Origin: a virus
Length of the DNA: 64,000 bases
IMG/VR virus record: IMGVR_UViG_3300023184_000039
Location: 64,001-128,000 of that record
Reading direction: 5' to 3' (one strand)
Part shown: positions 16,501 through 25,504 of the stretch, piece by piece
Layout of the letters: each line of letters opens with the position of its first letter
How positions within the stretch are numbered: position 1 is the first letter of the stretch
Notes under the pieces: generated by a model
What the model was told of the DNA's origin: nothing
Databases searched by the model: none
The model's input: only the letters and a program-made list of their open reading frames with translations
Made by a program: the position numbers and the translations under genes

Positions 16501-17673
16501 CAAGAATTAATAGATGGCTATTCAGATGACGATGTTTCCAGTGCCCTTGATAATGCCGCACTTGACCTCCACGAAGGATTTGACCGTCGCGTTCGTGTCA
16601 GAATGGGTGACGATGGCTTGAACTCACTGTTGTCTGGAAATACAGTTGCTGCCCCAAAACTAACAGGCTCTCGAGCGATGATGCAAAGGAGATTCTTGGC
16701 ATCAAACGGAATCACCGAAGATGCAAAACCAGACACACATCCAGTTCGTGGATATGTAGCGCATGACGTGCACGAGGATAAAGTTTCTGAGTTACTCAAG
16801 ATGCAAGGAATTGTCACTGGTGATGCTCCAATAGAGTTTGATTCATCCAACCACCCCTATGGCTCCGTTGGTGCCGATGGGGATATAGAGGTATTGTTGC
16901 GACCAGAAGTTTCTGGAAGAACTGCGTACTCGCTTGGCAGAGGTATTGATAATGACAAAAAACCAGTGTGGATGAATTCCGATGATATGTCAGCCATATC
17001 GGAAGCATTGCTTCCAGTAGCAGAAAACAGAAAAGACAACACTGCTGGTATTTCAAATGCACTAACAGCACATCTTGATAATGACCTAAGTGCAATGAAT
17101 AACATGAAGGTCGTAAAACCAAATGCCAAGAAACCTTCCTACCAGGAAGAGATGGCAGATGCCAATTTCTCTGGTGGACAACCATACGGGGCGCACATTT
17201 TGGGTGGTTTTAATAGGGATGATGTTGCAGAAATTAGACACCCTTGGAGCAAAATTGAGAAGTCGTCAACAGATGTTGATATTAGTGATGTTGCTCAAAA
17301 AGAACCAATTTCGGAAAAATTAACTCGTCTTGGTTACTCGGAAGAAGAGATTAATTACTTCTACTCACTCAATGGTCGGAATGGAACAAGTGGGATAAAT
17401 ACTTCTGCCATGAAGCAATTGCGAAATTATAGAAAAAGCCAGACCGTAAAAAGCGACTACGAAAAAATGGGTGTTCCGAGTGTTTCTTTCCCACAGAAGC
17501 ATGGGCTTGACATGCACTCCCCTAGTTCTTATTCCACCAACCCATCTGACCGAGGGAAAACAGTGGAGGCAGTACTGTCAAAACGCATTGAGCAAGAAAT
17601 GGATGCCGAACTTGATGCAACAATGAAAAAGATACAAAAAGCAAGAGCTGAAATGGTTGGGGTTGGTTCGTGA
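13543..17673 (+). CDS. Large probable virion-internal protein with an HExxH zincin motif and degenerate ADP-ribosyltransferase/DUF3626-like regions
   Basis: 1376-aa ORF in the head module; RCPPG...QFTD...C motif; SHELNH...ELLAE; C-terminal HPVRGY...GDIEVLLRPEVSGRTAYSLG...AHILGG resembles DUF3626-type domains. Confidence 0.5.
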   Translation: MKGKKIKSTRFILSFKALGHSQERIEEITHDFLDGVRLSTKAISRGDEILVKGISVGKTIGGTGDVPKKQENELPGVTNINGWKFEKAAKYAPGKKLQLFPTQQQRNSPSKKPNFGWIDDDTQTFGSPEELVNDLLAKPKVEKKIYNVDKDGNPTSVFWEEDKKEIEEKSLGRSIREMNPRGGLAQQAASRLRIVVDDLGKFRCPPGTPQANQFTDKLGTTCFAVSVDELVGLVEGAIQKFQMTPSGPKFGNVLESLSSRGTQGTGRMGESRRLAEGASRWFSGAVKRVATRHNKIDANVKHLEDTLGIGSTDLERATNADLTKIFHTLKSNGHWDIEYRGGISDKKLQPLLDQMGLSLQDYRKTERAFLSRLLMEYSENPELAKRVARIYHVGVGTYRNNSGLEAATDLLLPPVGAKDVRRGMEDAIDAKFEIMLDVGQMTGEATRFKGPEVVSKKHRWGLTVSGGATEEERQAALLDYVNKQNDFSNRASHFVMFASKDKHVGKGSNTASHELNHVRQAMAVLHKAQESDKLKGKKLSEMTSGDLWDVLVDLNDDIDMRDWEKVRKNKGLIDVLGGDYPREYDERRNDVGTLELLAEVGALHDSGVISGQEIEDFLDVHSAWQRQDSSVKRDVSRKKTMQATRKRVSQPSRNSEGVLDVPVFPESDGATRRRPPRRSGKTFFDSDGTKKYAEEHRKWVLSKLTESEQKAIERLGRPEYEDRDIVKITRLSSVEDSIKRMERRHRELVDVGLEPDGLSVHEASVSQQLERTLIPTLTALDKSDLPDRIQIVIPSGEKWDQYGHAGAMLMPESVSSHNILDNEMAIEPGMVILDTSPGTRGIFHAEKNGGSVILPPSKIRLTHLDADNVWHAEIVDQESSMDTINRLEGLLPTKANDKRNDKLIAREVDSIRQVIDTHRSNAATSNSGILGDGLSHPVLASRIRKNNTDVVNSILDSGGKPFDGPEQIGSDLPDWLKKQLFDKSKFQELIDGYSDDDVSSALDNAALDLHEGFDRRVRVRMGDDGLNSLLSGNTVAAPKLTGSRAMMQRRFLASNGITEDAKPDTHPVRGYVAHDVHEDKVSELLKMQGIVTGDAPIEFDSSNHPYGSVGADGDIEVLLRPEVSGRTAYSLGRGIDNDKKPVWMNSDDMSAISEALLPVAENRKDNTAGISNALTAHLDNDLSAMNNMKVVKPNAKKPSYQEEMADANFSGGQPYGAHILGGFNRDDVAEIRHPWSKIEKSSTDVDISDVAQKEPISEKLTRLGYSEEEINYFYSLNGRNGTSGINTSAMKQLRNYRKSQTVKSDYEKMGVPSVSFPQKHGLDMHSPSSYSTNPSDRGKTVEAVLSKRIEQEMDAELDATMKKIQKARAEMVGVGS

Positions 17674-18077
17674 ACGGTGTTCTTGTTGCCAAATCTGGGG
17701 GAAGTTCTGTCTACTTTATTGTTGACCAAAATATAGGTAGAGATGAGACTGGTGCTGTTATTGGGTCGGATGGGATTGTTTATTCTGTTCCATTCTGGGA
17801 CTGGGTTAATTCAAAACACGACCTTACCGAGTTGAAGGGGAGCGAATTCCTTCAATTGCTTTGGGGGGAACCGTCTGCCAAAGATGAGAAACTATGGCTT
17901 GATATTTTTGTCAATGGGGCAGTTCCAATAACACAAGACATACTCGGTGACACTGAAATCATGCCACTACAGGGAAAAAATGTGAAACAAAAACCCAAAG
18001 AAATCCTAAAGAAGCAGCGTGATACTATTAATATTCAAACGAAAATAGCCAAATTAATACTGAGCATAGGAGAATAG
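17670..18077 (+). CDS. Hypothetical protein
   Basis: GTGA overlap with the upstream stop; co-oriented in the head operon. Confidence 0.6.
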   Translation: MNGVLVAKSGGSSVYFIVDQNIGRDETGAVIGSDGIVYSVPFWDWVNSKHDLTELKGSEFLQLLWGEPSAKDEKLWLDIFVNGAVPITQDILGDTEIMPLQGKNVKQKPKEILKKQRDTINIQTKIAKLILSIGE

Positions 18078-18080
18078 ATT

Positions 18081-18722
18081 ATGTCTGAATACGAGGTAAA
18101 ACTTGACCCATTGGGCGGGTTGCTCCCACAGGAACTAATTAGCGGCGATGTATTGCACGGACATGGCCCACGTCGAGGAAACCTTGAGAGACTTCTTCGT
18201 TACTGGAGACCAATTATGAGAAAGGAGGGTGGTTTCCGTCGCTGTCGAGTCATCCTTGCTAATCACCCCGAACTTTATCCATTGGAAAGAATCTGTGCAT
18301 GGCTTCACCATGAAACAACTGGGCTATGGCCGAATGAGGGTTGTCATCATCCAGGCATGAAAAATTGCAGGGGCAAATTACGCAAGCACAACCTATCTGG
18401 TGCCGCACTTGCTAGAGCACTAACACCAGGAAACAAAAAGAAATCACTACTTGATTCTGATGTTTTTTTTGCTGAATGGTTGGGCGATAGCTACGAGGAT
18501 ACACCAATGGTTACTGTTTCTGACTTCATGCATGCAACAGATGTTCTTGCAGAATTTATGGAAATGGAATCCGAATTTATTAAGGAATTACGCAATTACG
18601 AAAATTGGGAGATGGACGGAGAAACGATTGATGGGGTAAAAGTTAAGTCGCTTCCCTACGAATCGCAATACGACCTTGATTGCTGTGGTGGATTAGATTT
18701 ACTTGGCGGGAGATATGAGTAA
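18081..18722 (+). CDS. Head-module protein with L-x-x-YW...GF-x-RC...C-A-x-L-H...G-x-WP domain
   Basis: SD (AGGAG) upstream; the motif resembles a small domain seen in actinophage head-maturation genes. Confidence 0.6.
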   Translation: MSEYEVKLDPLGGLLPQELISGDVLHGHGPRRGNLERLLRYWRPIMRKEGGFRRCRVILANHPELYPLERICAWLHHETTGLWPNEGCHHPGMKNCRGKLRKHNLSGAALARALTPGNKKKSLLDSDVFFAEWLGDSYEDTPMVTVSDFMHATDVLAEFMEMESEFIKELRNYENWEMDGETIDGVKVKSLPYESQYDLDCCGGLDLLGGRYE

Positions 18723-20703
18723 AGACAACAGAAAAGCACTAACTAGAACCAGAATCATTCTAGGGAAAGCAGACCACAATACCCCCAACAATATTCTTCG
18801 TTTATATGCTCCCAATAAAAAAGAAATTATGCAATTTAAAGCCATATCTTTAGTCACCGGGTACAGCAGAAAGAATAGAAATGAGTATCAGAAAAAAGTT
18901 CTAGGACAGACATTGCTGACTCGTGCAATACCAGGAGATTCGGATAGGTTTCGTTCCCCAATTCGTTCTGCTGCATGGCGTGCCGCGACTCCCGGAAAGC
19001 CTGGTGTTGGTGGCTCGCTACCAGGAGAGAATCGGGCCAGCAGATGCCCTGAGGGATATCAGTACGGGGGTCGTTTTACAAATTCCCAACTATCAACATG
19101 TGGTGCAAAATTGTTTGATATCCCAAGCGCTATTGGTCTAAGTATTTCTGCCCTTAAGAAAATAGGAAGAAGTTTAACGACAAAACCGCAGGTAGCAAAA
19201 CCATTAACACCAGGCGAGTATGGGGAAATACAACAGGGGAGACAGCCAGTTATTCTGATTCCCAAGGTTGCTGGTGTGAGTCGTGCTGTTCGTACTGCTA
19301 AAGCGGCATCGCTGGTTACCGAAATGGGAAATTCAAATGGCAGATTTACAAGAATGGTTCGCAGGGATGGATTTACTCTACAGCCAGTTGTCCCTGCTTC
19401 GGTACTAAGAACCATTCCCGACAACAGGGACATGGAAGGCGCTCACTATATTCAATCGGTAATGGGGCAATCAGAAATGGGTGGAGAAGAACTTGGTCTT
19501 TTGTCAAACACGGGAATACAAAAATTAACATATGTTTTGCCTGGTGGTTCAAATATCTCCCTTGAAAAAGTTAGAGAGTTGACAGTTGGTGAAAGAAGAA
19601 AGCTTGGAAGAACGGTTAATACGGCAAACTCAATTTCAATAGCAAATGACCCAGCAGCACGACTGAAGTATGTTGCCAATGAAACTGGTGACGGCATGGG
19701 TTATACGGAAAATTTTGTCAACATCAGAAATCCTCACCAAATTGTTGGGGATGGCGCAAAGACACGCGAGAAATGGGTTAATGAGGTTTTTGGTGTAAGG
19801 GGAAATCGCCGAATGAAGCCAATGAACTCATCAAATATGTCAACACGTGAAACGGCATCAAATGCTCAATCTGGACAAAAGATAACATCAATTGATGCCG
19901 CAATGAATCACCTAAATGAAGGTGGGACGCTATCCGACATAAGTCCAAAACTCCTTGCACAGATTCTTTCCGAGGGCGCATTTTCAAAAGAGAACAAAAT
20001 AAGCGCATCTTCGTCCATTGTTGAATTAGGAAACAGAAAATATATCTATAACAAGAAACCAGGAAAATTTGAGGCGATTTCAGAACGGTTCTCTGAAGAT
20101 ATGCAACAATTTCTTGGCTTGGAATCACCAGACATTTACCTTGTTGGGAACGGCGATAATCGCAAGTACCTGAGAGAGGATGTGGAGAGTGCACTGATTG
20201 GGGCACGAATACAGAGAGATGCAACATGGTCATCCTTTGCTCCAGGCGATATTGCCAAGTTGCTTGTGGCCGACCTTGTAACTGACCAGCGAGTAAGGAC
20301 TCCGGATTCTGTCGTTGCAATGAAGATTGGTGACAGAACAGTACCAATGGCATCAATGAATATCTCTGGGTCGCTCATGGATTTGGATAAAATAGAAATT
20401 TCCAAACGTCAAAAATTGGTCATAGATAAACTTCTTTCGTCAACCCTAATGACTGAATACTCTCGTTATTATCAGCAACTAAAAATTAACGATAGAGTGC
20501 TGATGAGAAAGCAAATCTCCACACTTCTTGCACGCGCCAAAAAATTCAATACAGAACAATACCGTCAACGCCTATTCGCCGATGGTCTTAGCGAAGGTGA
20601 AAAAATCCATGTAAATATGTTGGCAAAACTATTTGAAGCCAGAATAAACACGCTTGAAAGAAGCGGTCAACTTATTAAAAAGTATCTTGAGGGTGCACAA
20701 TAA
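18715..20703 (+). CDS. Probable virion-internal protein; C-terminal region resembles a degenerate HipA/PI3K-like kinase fold
   Basis: ATG at 18715 after GGGAG; RCPEG...GRFT...C motif; LLVADLVTDQRVRTPDSV resembles the D-x-L-x-x-N-x-D-R-x-x-x-N catalytic segment but is degenerate. Confidence 0.5.
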   Translation: MSKDNRKALTRTRIILGKADHNTPNNILRLYAPNKKEIMQFKAISLVTGYSRKNRNEYQKKVLGQTLLTRAIPGDSDRFRSPIRSAAWRAATPGKPGVGGSLPGENRASRCPEGYQYGGRFTNSQLSTCGAKLFDIPSAIGLSISALKKIGRSLTTKPQVAKPLTPGEYGEIQQGRQPVILIPKVAGVSRAVRTAKAASLVTEMGNSNGRFTRMVRRDGFTLQPVVPASVLRTIPDNRDMEGAHYIQSVMGQSEMGGEELGLLSNTGIQKLTYVLPGGSNISLEKVRELTVGERRKLGRTVNTANSISIANDPAARLKYVANETGDGMGYTENFVNIRNPHQIVGDGAKTREKWVNEVFGVRGNRRMKPMNSSNMSTRETASNAQSGQKITSIDAAMNHLNEGGTLSDISPKLLAQILSEGAFSKENKISASSSIVELGNRKYIYNKKPGKFEAISERFSEDMQQFLGLESPDIYLVGNGDNRKYLREDVESALIGARIQRDATWSSFAPGDIAKLLVADLVTDQRVRTPDSVVAMKIGDRTVPMASMNISGSLMDLDKIEISKRQKLVIDKLLSSTLMTEYSRYYQQLKINDRVLMRKQISTLLARAKKFNTEQYRQRLFADGLSEGEKIHVNMLAKLFEARINTLERSGQLIKKYLEGAQ

Positions 20704-21551
20704 TGAAGTATTCAGTTGTCTATGATGTTGTGAGAAACGAACCCTATGCCGTCATCATTGATGTCAAAGGCAAGAAAATTGCATACGGAATCAATGCCCA
20801 TTCAAAATCATGGGCGATGAACGTGAATGCCTATTCAAATAAAGATATACCCCTCCCAATTGGGATGAATTTCAGTAAATCAATATTACTAAATAGTGAA
20901 ATGCAAAAACAATTTACCGAAGCCTTTGGCGAGATGCCACAGCAGAGCAGACGACTCTCAAGACGTGTCAAAATGTTATTGCGAGAAGAATCAGAAATAC
21001 CACAACCCACCGAATTTATTTTTGGAGTTAGTCCAGACAATCTGAACAGAAAGTCTCGTGACAAGAAACAAAACCGTGGTAAGGCTACGGAAAGAAAGGT
21101 TTATCCGATTCTTGCAGCAAAACAAAAACAACTCTTTCACAATGCCTATCTAAAAAAAGCCATCGGATTTGATTCAATTCAAGAAGAAAAATCCGTTACT
21201 TCAATTGAGACCAAATCGGCCAAGCCAATCAGGAACCCAAAGGGTGGACTGACTGCTGCTGGTAGGGCACATTTCAAACGCACAGAGGGTGCGAACTTGA
21301 AACCAGGTGTTAAGGGTGCCGCTGATACACCAGAAAAGATGAGAAGAAAGGGTTCTTTCCTTACCCGTTTTTTCACCAATCCATCTGGACCAATGCAGGA
21401 CGAAAAAGGAAATCCAACACGACTTGCCCTAAGTGCAAATGCATGGGGTGAACCAGTTCCCAAGAATGCATCTGATGCTGCGCGCTTGGCAGAAAAGGGA
21501 CGCAATCTTCTAAAAAGATACGAAAATTCAAAAAAGAAATCAAAAGACTAG
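20703..21551 (+). CDS. Head-module protein with a C-terminal DUF6321-like domain
   Basis: NPKGGLTAAGR...NLKP...RKGSF-x-x-R...DEKG-x-PTRLALS-x-x-AW. Confidence 0.6.
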   Translation: MKYSVVYDVVRNEPYAVIIDVKGKKIAYGINAHSKSWAMNVNAYSNKDIPLPIGMNFSKSILLNSEMQKQFTEAFGEMPQQSRRLSRRVKMLLREESEIPQPTEFIFGVSPDNLNRKSRDKKQNRGKATERKVYPILAAKQKQLFHNAYLKKAIGFDSIQEEKSVTSIETKSAKPIRNPKGGLTAAGRAHFKRTEGANLKPGVKGAADTPEKMRRKGSFLTRFFTNPSGPMQDEKGNPTRLALSANAWGEPVPKNASDAARLAEKGRNLLKRYENSKKKSKD

Positions 21552-21558
21552 GTAAATT

Positions 21559-22197
21559 ATGAAAAAAGAAACAGAAGAACAGGCATATGCACTGAGAATG
21601 GCAATCCAACTTGGGTGTGCTGGTGCCCATAAGGGTCCAGATGGCAAATGGATGCCGTGTAAAGACATGTCCGAAATGGAGCGACTGTCAAATGCCGCCG
21701 AGGAATCGTCATGGACTAATGACAACTCAATTTCTTCCCTAAGACGCAGGGAGCAAAGTGCGAGACTTTACGGGAAATCGGCTCTCATGGAATCAATTGA
21801 AAAAGGGAAAAAGCGCAAACCAAAAAAGAAGGGATGGGAAAAACTTACCGAGAAACCACTTCCCGTTGGGGGCATTGGAACACTCCCCAGTGGGGGCTTG
21901 TATGGCATGACATCAAAGGGTTTGGCTGTACCCATCTCGGCGCCACGTGATGCCGACCCAGATGTTTTTTCTGACCCTGATTCGGCACGGATGCGAGCCA
22001 GACAACTTGACTGCATCGGCATAAGTCGAAGGGTTTCAAGGAGCGGGAAAACGATATGGACACCCTGCACCAATATGAGCGACTATGCAAGGTCTGCCGG
22101 AACAACGGCATTGGGCAAAAAAAACAAGAAAGAAAAAGAGCGCAGGGTGGTCAGAACAATCGTTAATGAGGAACTAAAAAAACGTACAAAACGGTAG
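21559..22197 (+). CDS. Head-module protein with two A-x-x-L-[GD]-C-x-G...W-x-P-C repeats
   Basis: AIQLGCAGAH...WMPC and ARQLDCIG...WTPC; directly upstream of the capsid gene. Confidence 0.6.
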   Translation: MKKETEEQAYALRMAIQLGCAGAHKGPDGKWMPCKDMSEMERLSNAAEESSWTNDNSISSLRRREQSARLYGKSALMESIEKGKKRKPKKKGWEKLTEKPLPVGGIGTLPSGGLYGMTSKGLAVPISAPRDADPDVFSDPDSARMRARQLDCIGISRRVSRSGKTIWTPCTNMSDYARSAGTTALGKKNKKEKERRVVRTIVNEELKKRTKR

Positions 22198-22227
22198 TTT
22201 GCATTAGTTCCCCTGCGAATGGCAAAT

Positions 22228-22240
22228 CATCTGCTATTTT
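22228..22240 (+). promoter_or_regulatory. Candidate extended -10 promoter (CATCTG-C-TATTTT) of the major capsid gene
   Basis: The same CATCTGnTAnnnT occurs at 33499 and 53101; followed by a leader hairpin and an AAGGA SD. Confidence 0.45.
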
Positions 22241-22313
22241 TGATATACATCGGTTGGGTGCTTACCTGAGCTGACTCTAATAACCAACATTCCAACAACT
22301 AAGGAAAAATATC

Positions 22314-23615
22314 ATGGCACAGGAAAATTTGAAGGAGCTCCAAGGAGCACTTCGTCAAAAAATGGCAGACAATAAGTCAATCGCCGACTCGTTCAAGGTC
22401 GAAGAGGGCACAGTTGTCATTAACCAAAAGCAGAAGTCAGCTTTTGATGCAAACATGAAAGACATCAAAGAACTCAAGGGTTTGATTGATGGCATGGAAG
22501 CAATGGAGCAAGTTCAGCAGTGGGGCGCACAAGCATCAGACACATCTGTTGCAGCAGCCGCAGCCGCTGGTTACTCAATCCCTAAGCAACAACTTGAATC
22601 AATCGGCGAGTCATTCTTGGCTTCAGCTGAATTCAAGGCTCTTGCTGGTGGTCGTAACGGCGCAAACATGCCAGCACCATTCCAGTACAACGGAAGATTT
22701 GATACCCCTGGTGGTTACAGCCAAAAGGACGCTTACACAGCAATGCCAAGCGGCTTTCCAACACAGTTCGGTTCAGTTCAACGTGACCCAATCGTTATCC
22801 CACCACGTCGCACAAAGCGAGTTCGTGACCTATTCCCAGTTCGTACGACCACATCGGCAATCATTGAGTATTTCCGCATGACTGGTTTCACCAACAACGC
22901 AGGCATGGTTCCAGAGCGCAACGGCGATACATTTGCCGCGAAGCCACAATCAAGCATGACGTTTGAAGGTGTTCAGACATCGACACGGACAATGGCACAC
23001 TGGGAAGCAGCACACAGAAATGTTCTTGCTGACGAACCACAGTTGCGTTCAATCATTGACAACGAGTTGATGTACGGTCTTCGTCTCCAAGAGGATTACC
23101 AAATCCTTAACGGTGACGGCAGTGGAGAAAACCTTCAGGGCATTTTGACCACTCCTGGCATTCAGACCTACAACTGGTCAATGGGTGCAACCTTGCCAGT
23201 CAAGGACACCAAGGCCGATGCAATCCGTCGTGCTGCAACCCTCTCCTTCTTGGCTTACTACGAGCCATCTGGTGTTGTCTTGCATCCAAACGATTGGGAA
23301 GACATCGAAATGACCAAGGACAGCAACGGTCAGTACCTGATTGCAGTTTCGGTTGCATTGGGTGGAGAACCAAAGGTATGGCGCTTGCCAATCGTTGAGA
23401 CTCCAGCAATGACTGAAGGAGTTGCTCTTATCGGTTCATTCGGTCAGGGTGCACAAATCTACGACCGTGAGCAGGCCAGCATTCGCATTAGCGAACAACA
23501 TGCTGACTTCTTCATTCGCAACGCAATCGTCATCTTGGCCGAGCAACGTCTCGCCCTTGCTGTCAAGCGTCCAGAGTCGTTTGTGAAACTAACCTTCAAT
23601 AACGCACCTGCTTGA
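22314..23615 (+). CDS. Major capsid protein, HK97 fold, with N-terminal coiled-coil delta domain
   Basis: VRDLFPV-x-T-T-S-x-x-I-E-Y, AKPQS, LAD-x-PQLRSIID-x-EL, ILNGDG-x-G-x-NL-x-GI, F-x-RN-x-I-x-ILAE-x-RLALAV-x-RPESF; strong SD; terminator follows. Confidence 0.95.
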   Translation: MAQENLKELQGALRQKMADNKSIADSFKVEEGTVVINQKQKSAFDANMKDIKELKGLIDGMEAMEQVQQWGAQASDTSVAAAAAAGYSIPKQQLESIGESFLASAEFKALAGGRNGANMPAPFQYNGRFDTPGGYSQKDAYTAMPSGFPTQFGSVQRDPIVIPPRRTKRVRDLFPVRTTTSAIIEYFRMTGFTNNAGMVPERNGDTFAAKPQSSMTFEGVQTSTRTMAHWEAAHRNVLADEPQLRSIIDNELMYGLRLQEDYQILNGDGSGENLQGILTTPGIQTYNWSMGATLPVKDTKADAIRRAATLSFLAYYEPSGVVLHPNDWEDIEMTKDSNGQYLIAVSVALGGEPKVWRLPIVETPAMTEGVALIGSFGQGAQIYDREQASIRISEQHADFFIRNAIVILAEQRLALAVKRPESFVKLTFNNAPA

Positions 23616-23632
23616 TAATTAGATAACAGGTT

Positions 23633-23678
23633 ACAAAACCCCCGTGTCACACGTTGTGGCATGGGGGTTTTGTTGTTT
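23633..23678 (+). terminator. Intrinsic terminator after the capsid gene
   Basis: ACAAAACCCCCGTGTCAC-loop-GTGGCATGGGGGTTTTGT followed by a T-rich tail. Confidence 0.85.
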
Positions 23679-23740
23679 ACCCACTTCCTCCATTCTCAAC
23701 TTAGATGTGGGAGACTGTAGTTACCTAAAAAGGAACAAAT

Positions 23741-24397
23741 ATGACCGACACAAACTTATTCAACGAACTCATGCAACTTCAATCACGGTTGGGCAATATC
23801 AACCAATCCGAAGGTGAATCGGAAAGCCAATATGACGATGACGAAGGGGGCGACGATGATGGCGATGTGCTTGAGGAACAACAAGACATTACCGATTTGG
23901 TCGGCGCACTGGGTGTATTCCTAGCAAATACCTATTCCGTGTACCACGAAGCCCATGGATTTCACTGGAATGTAAAAGGTCCAGATTTTGCTCAATACCA
24001 TGCTCTTTTTTCTGGAATATACGAAGACCTTATTGAATCAGTTGATGCCATTGCAGAAAATATTTTGAAACTTGGTTACGACTCCCCCTTTAGAATGTCA
24101 GACATGATGGCGATGACGACAATCCCAGAATCAGAAAATTATGATGATGACGAAGAAGAAGACACACCGCTTGATATGGCTGTTGACCTTCTTGCAAGTG
24201 TGTCCGCGCTAGAAGGCGAAGCAAAAGAATTGTTTGAACTTGCAAACGATGCGGACGAGCAGGGTGTTGCAAACTTTGTGGCCGAAAGAATTGATGCATT
24301 GCAAAAGACAATGTGGCAACTGAGAGCTTCTGCGAACATGCAAAAACCAGCAATGATTAAGAAGAAGATAGTCAGGATTTCCCTTGGCAACGAATGA
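23741..24397 (+). CDS. dps: Dps-family ferritin-like protein with acidic extensions
   Basis: HGFHWNVKGPDF-x-x-YH-x-LF-x-x-IYE...D-x-IAE signature. Confidence 0.88.
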   Translation: MTDTNLFNELMQLQSRLGNINQSEGESESQYDDDEGGDDDGDVLEEQQDITDLVGALGVFLANTYSVYHEAHGFHWNVKGPDFAQYHALFSGIYEDLIESVDAIAENILKLGYDSPFRMSDMMAMTTIPESENYDDDEEEDTPLDMAVDLLASVSALEGEAKELFELANDADEQGVANFVAERIDALQKTMWQLRASANMQKPAMIKKKIVRISLGNE

Positions 24398-24803
24398 AAG
24401 ATTCTGGTACGGAGCAACTCTCCTGAAGGTAATTGATGGTGACACCATTGAACTAATGATTGACTTGGGTTTCAACATCCACCACAAAATACGAGTTCGT
24501 CTGTATGGAGTAAACACTCCAGAATCAAGAACAAAAGACCTTGCAGAAAAAGAGATGGGTCTTAAGGCAAAGCATTACACCGAAGAATGGTTAACCAACC
24601 ACCAGTGGGTTTATGTAAACACAATCCCAGACAAGAACGATAAATACGGTCGCATCCTTGCCAGAATTTTTAGTTCAGACCAAACCGACGACCCAACCAC
24701 TGCATGTCTCAATAAGGACATAATTCAGGCTGGGTATGCACGGGAATACTTCGGCATTGGCGACAAGACATGGGCAGAGTTCAAACACGAGGATACAAAA
24801 TGA
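24384..24803 (+). CDS. Thermonuclease (SNase-like)
   Basis: VIDGDT, VRLYGVNTPE, DKYGRILA motifs. Confidence 0.88.
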   Translation: MATNERFWYGATLLKVIDGDTIELMIDLGFNIHHKIRVRLYGVNTPESRTKDLAEKEMGLKAKHYTEEWLTNHQWVYVNTIPDKNDKYGRILARIFSSDQTDDPTTACLNKDIIQAGYAREYFGIGDKTWAEFKHEDTK

Positions 24804-25252
24804 CGACATTGGGTAATTATCAGGGAAGAATAACCGGCATATACGTGCAAACAAAAGCCGATGAAGAAAACTGTCCTCCAGCGACTCAGGACATCGGACT
24901 AAACATTAAGAATCGACAGAAGGCAATTGACACAGCGGCTTACGGCCCACTAAACCCAAATGAACCAAATGATGATTTTTGGAAGAAAAAAGGTGACAGA
25001 TGGAATGTAAGTATTGATGAAGCAAAAAAGCAAAGATGTGGGAACTGTATTATGTTTGTTCGCTCACCAAGGATGATTGCATGTATCGAAGGTGCATTGG
25101 GTAATGAGACAGGGAATACCGCTATGGACATAGTTGATGCCGGTCAACTTGGGTATTGCGAAGCTTTTGATTTTAAGTGCGCAGCTAAAAGAACGTGTGA
25201 TGCTTGGGTCGTAGGTGGACCAACCACGACAGATGGCAAGGAAAAGTCTTAA
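24800..25252 (+). CDS. Cys-rich phage protein (CPPATQD...CGNC...GYC...FKC...TC-x-AW)
   Basis: ATGA overlap with the upstream gene; recognisable phage-type Cys motif of unknown function. Confidence 0.6.
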   Translation: MTTLGNYQGRITGIYVQTKADEENCPPATQDIGLNIKNRQKAIDTAAYGPLNPNEPNDDFWKKKGDRWNVSIDEAKKQRCGNCIMFVRSPRMIACIEGALGNETGNTAMDIVDAGQLGYCEAFDFKCAAKRTCDAWVVGGPTTTDGKEKS

Positions 25253-25258
25253 TAGGTA

Positions 25259-25504
25259 ATGAGAGTCTGGATTGACCAAGACCTATGCACTGGAGATGGT
25301 CTATGCGCAGAGATAGCCCCAGATGTTTTTCATATGATGCCAGACGGTCTTGCGTATGTAAAAGAAGGAGACAAGATTTATGCGGCCGCTGTGGGGAACC
25401 CAGAAGGCGCAGCTGGTTTAGCATCCTTTTCGGACGACAGGCTTGATGACGTAATTGAGTCAGCAGAAGAATGCCCTGGTGAATGTATCTTTATTGAGCC
25501 TTAG
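25259..25504 (+). CDS. Single-cluster ferredoxin, actinobacterial type
   Basis: DQDLCTGDGLCAEIAPDVF...AEECPGECI (C-x2-D-x2-C...CP). Confidence 0.92.
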   Translation: MRVWIDQDLCTGDGLCAEIAPDVFHMMPDGLAYVKEGDKIYAAAVGNPEGAAGLASFSDDRLDDVIESAEECPGECIFIEP

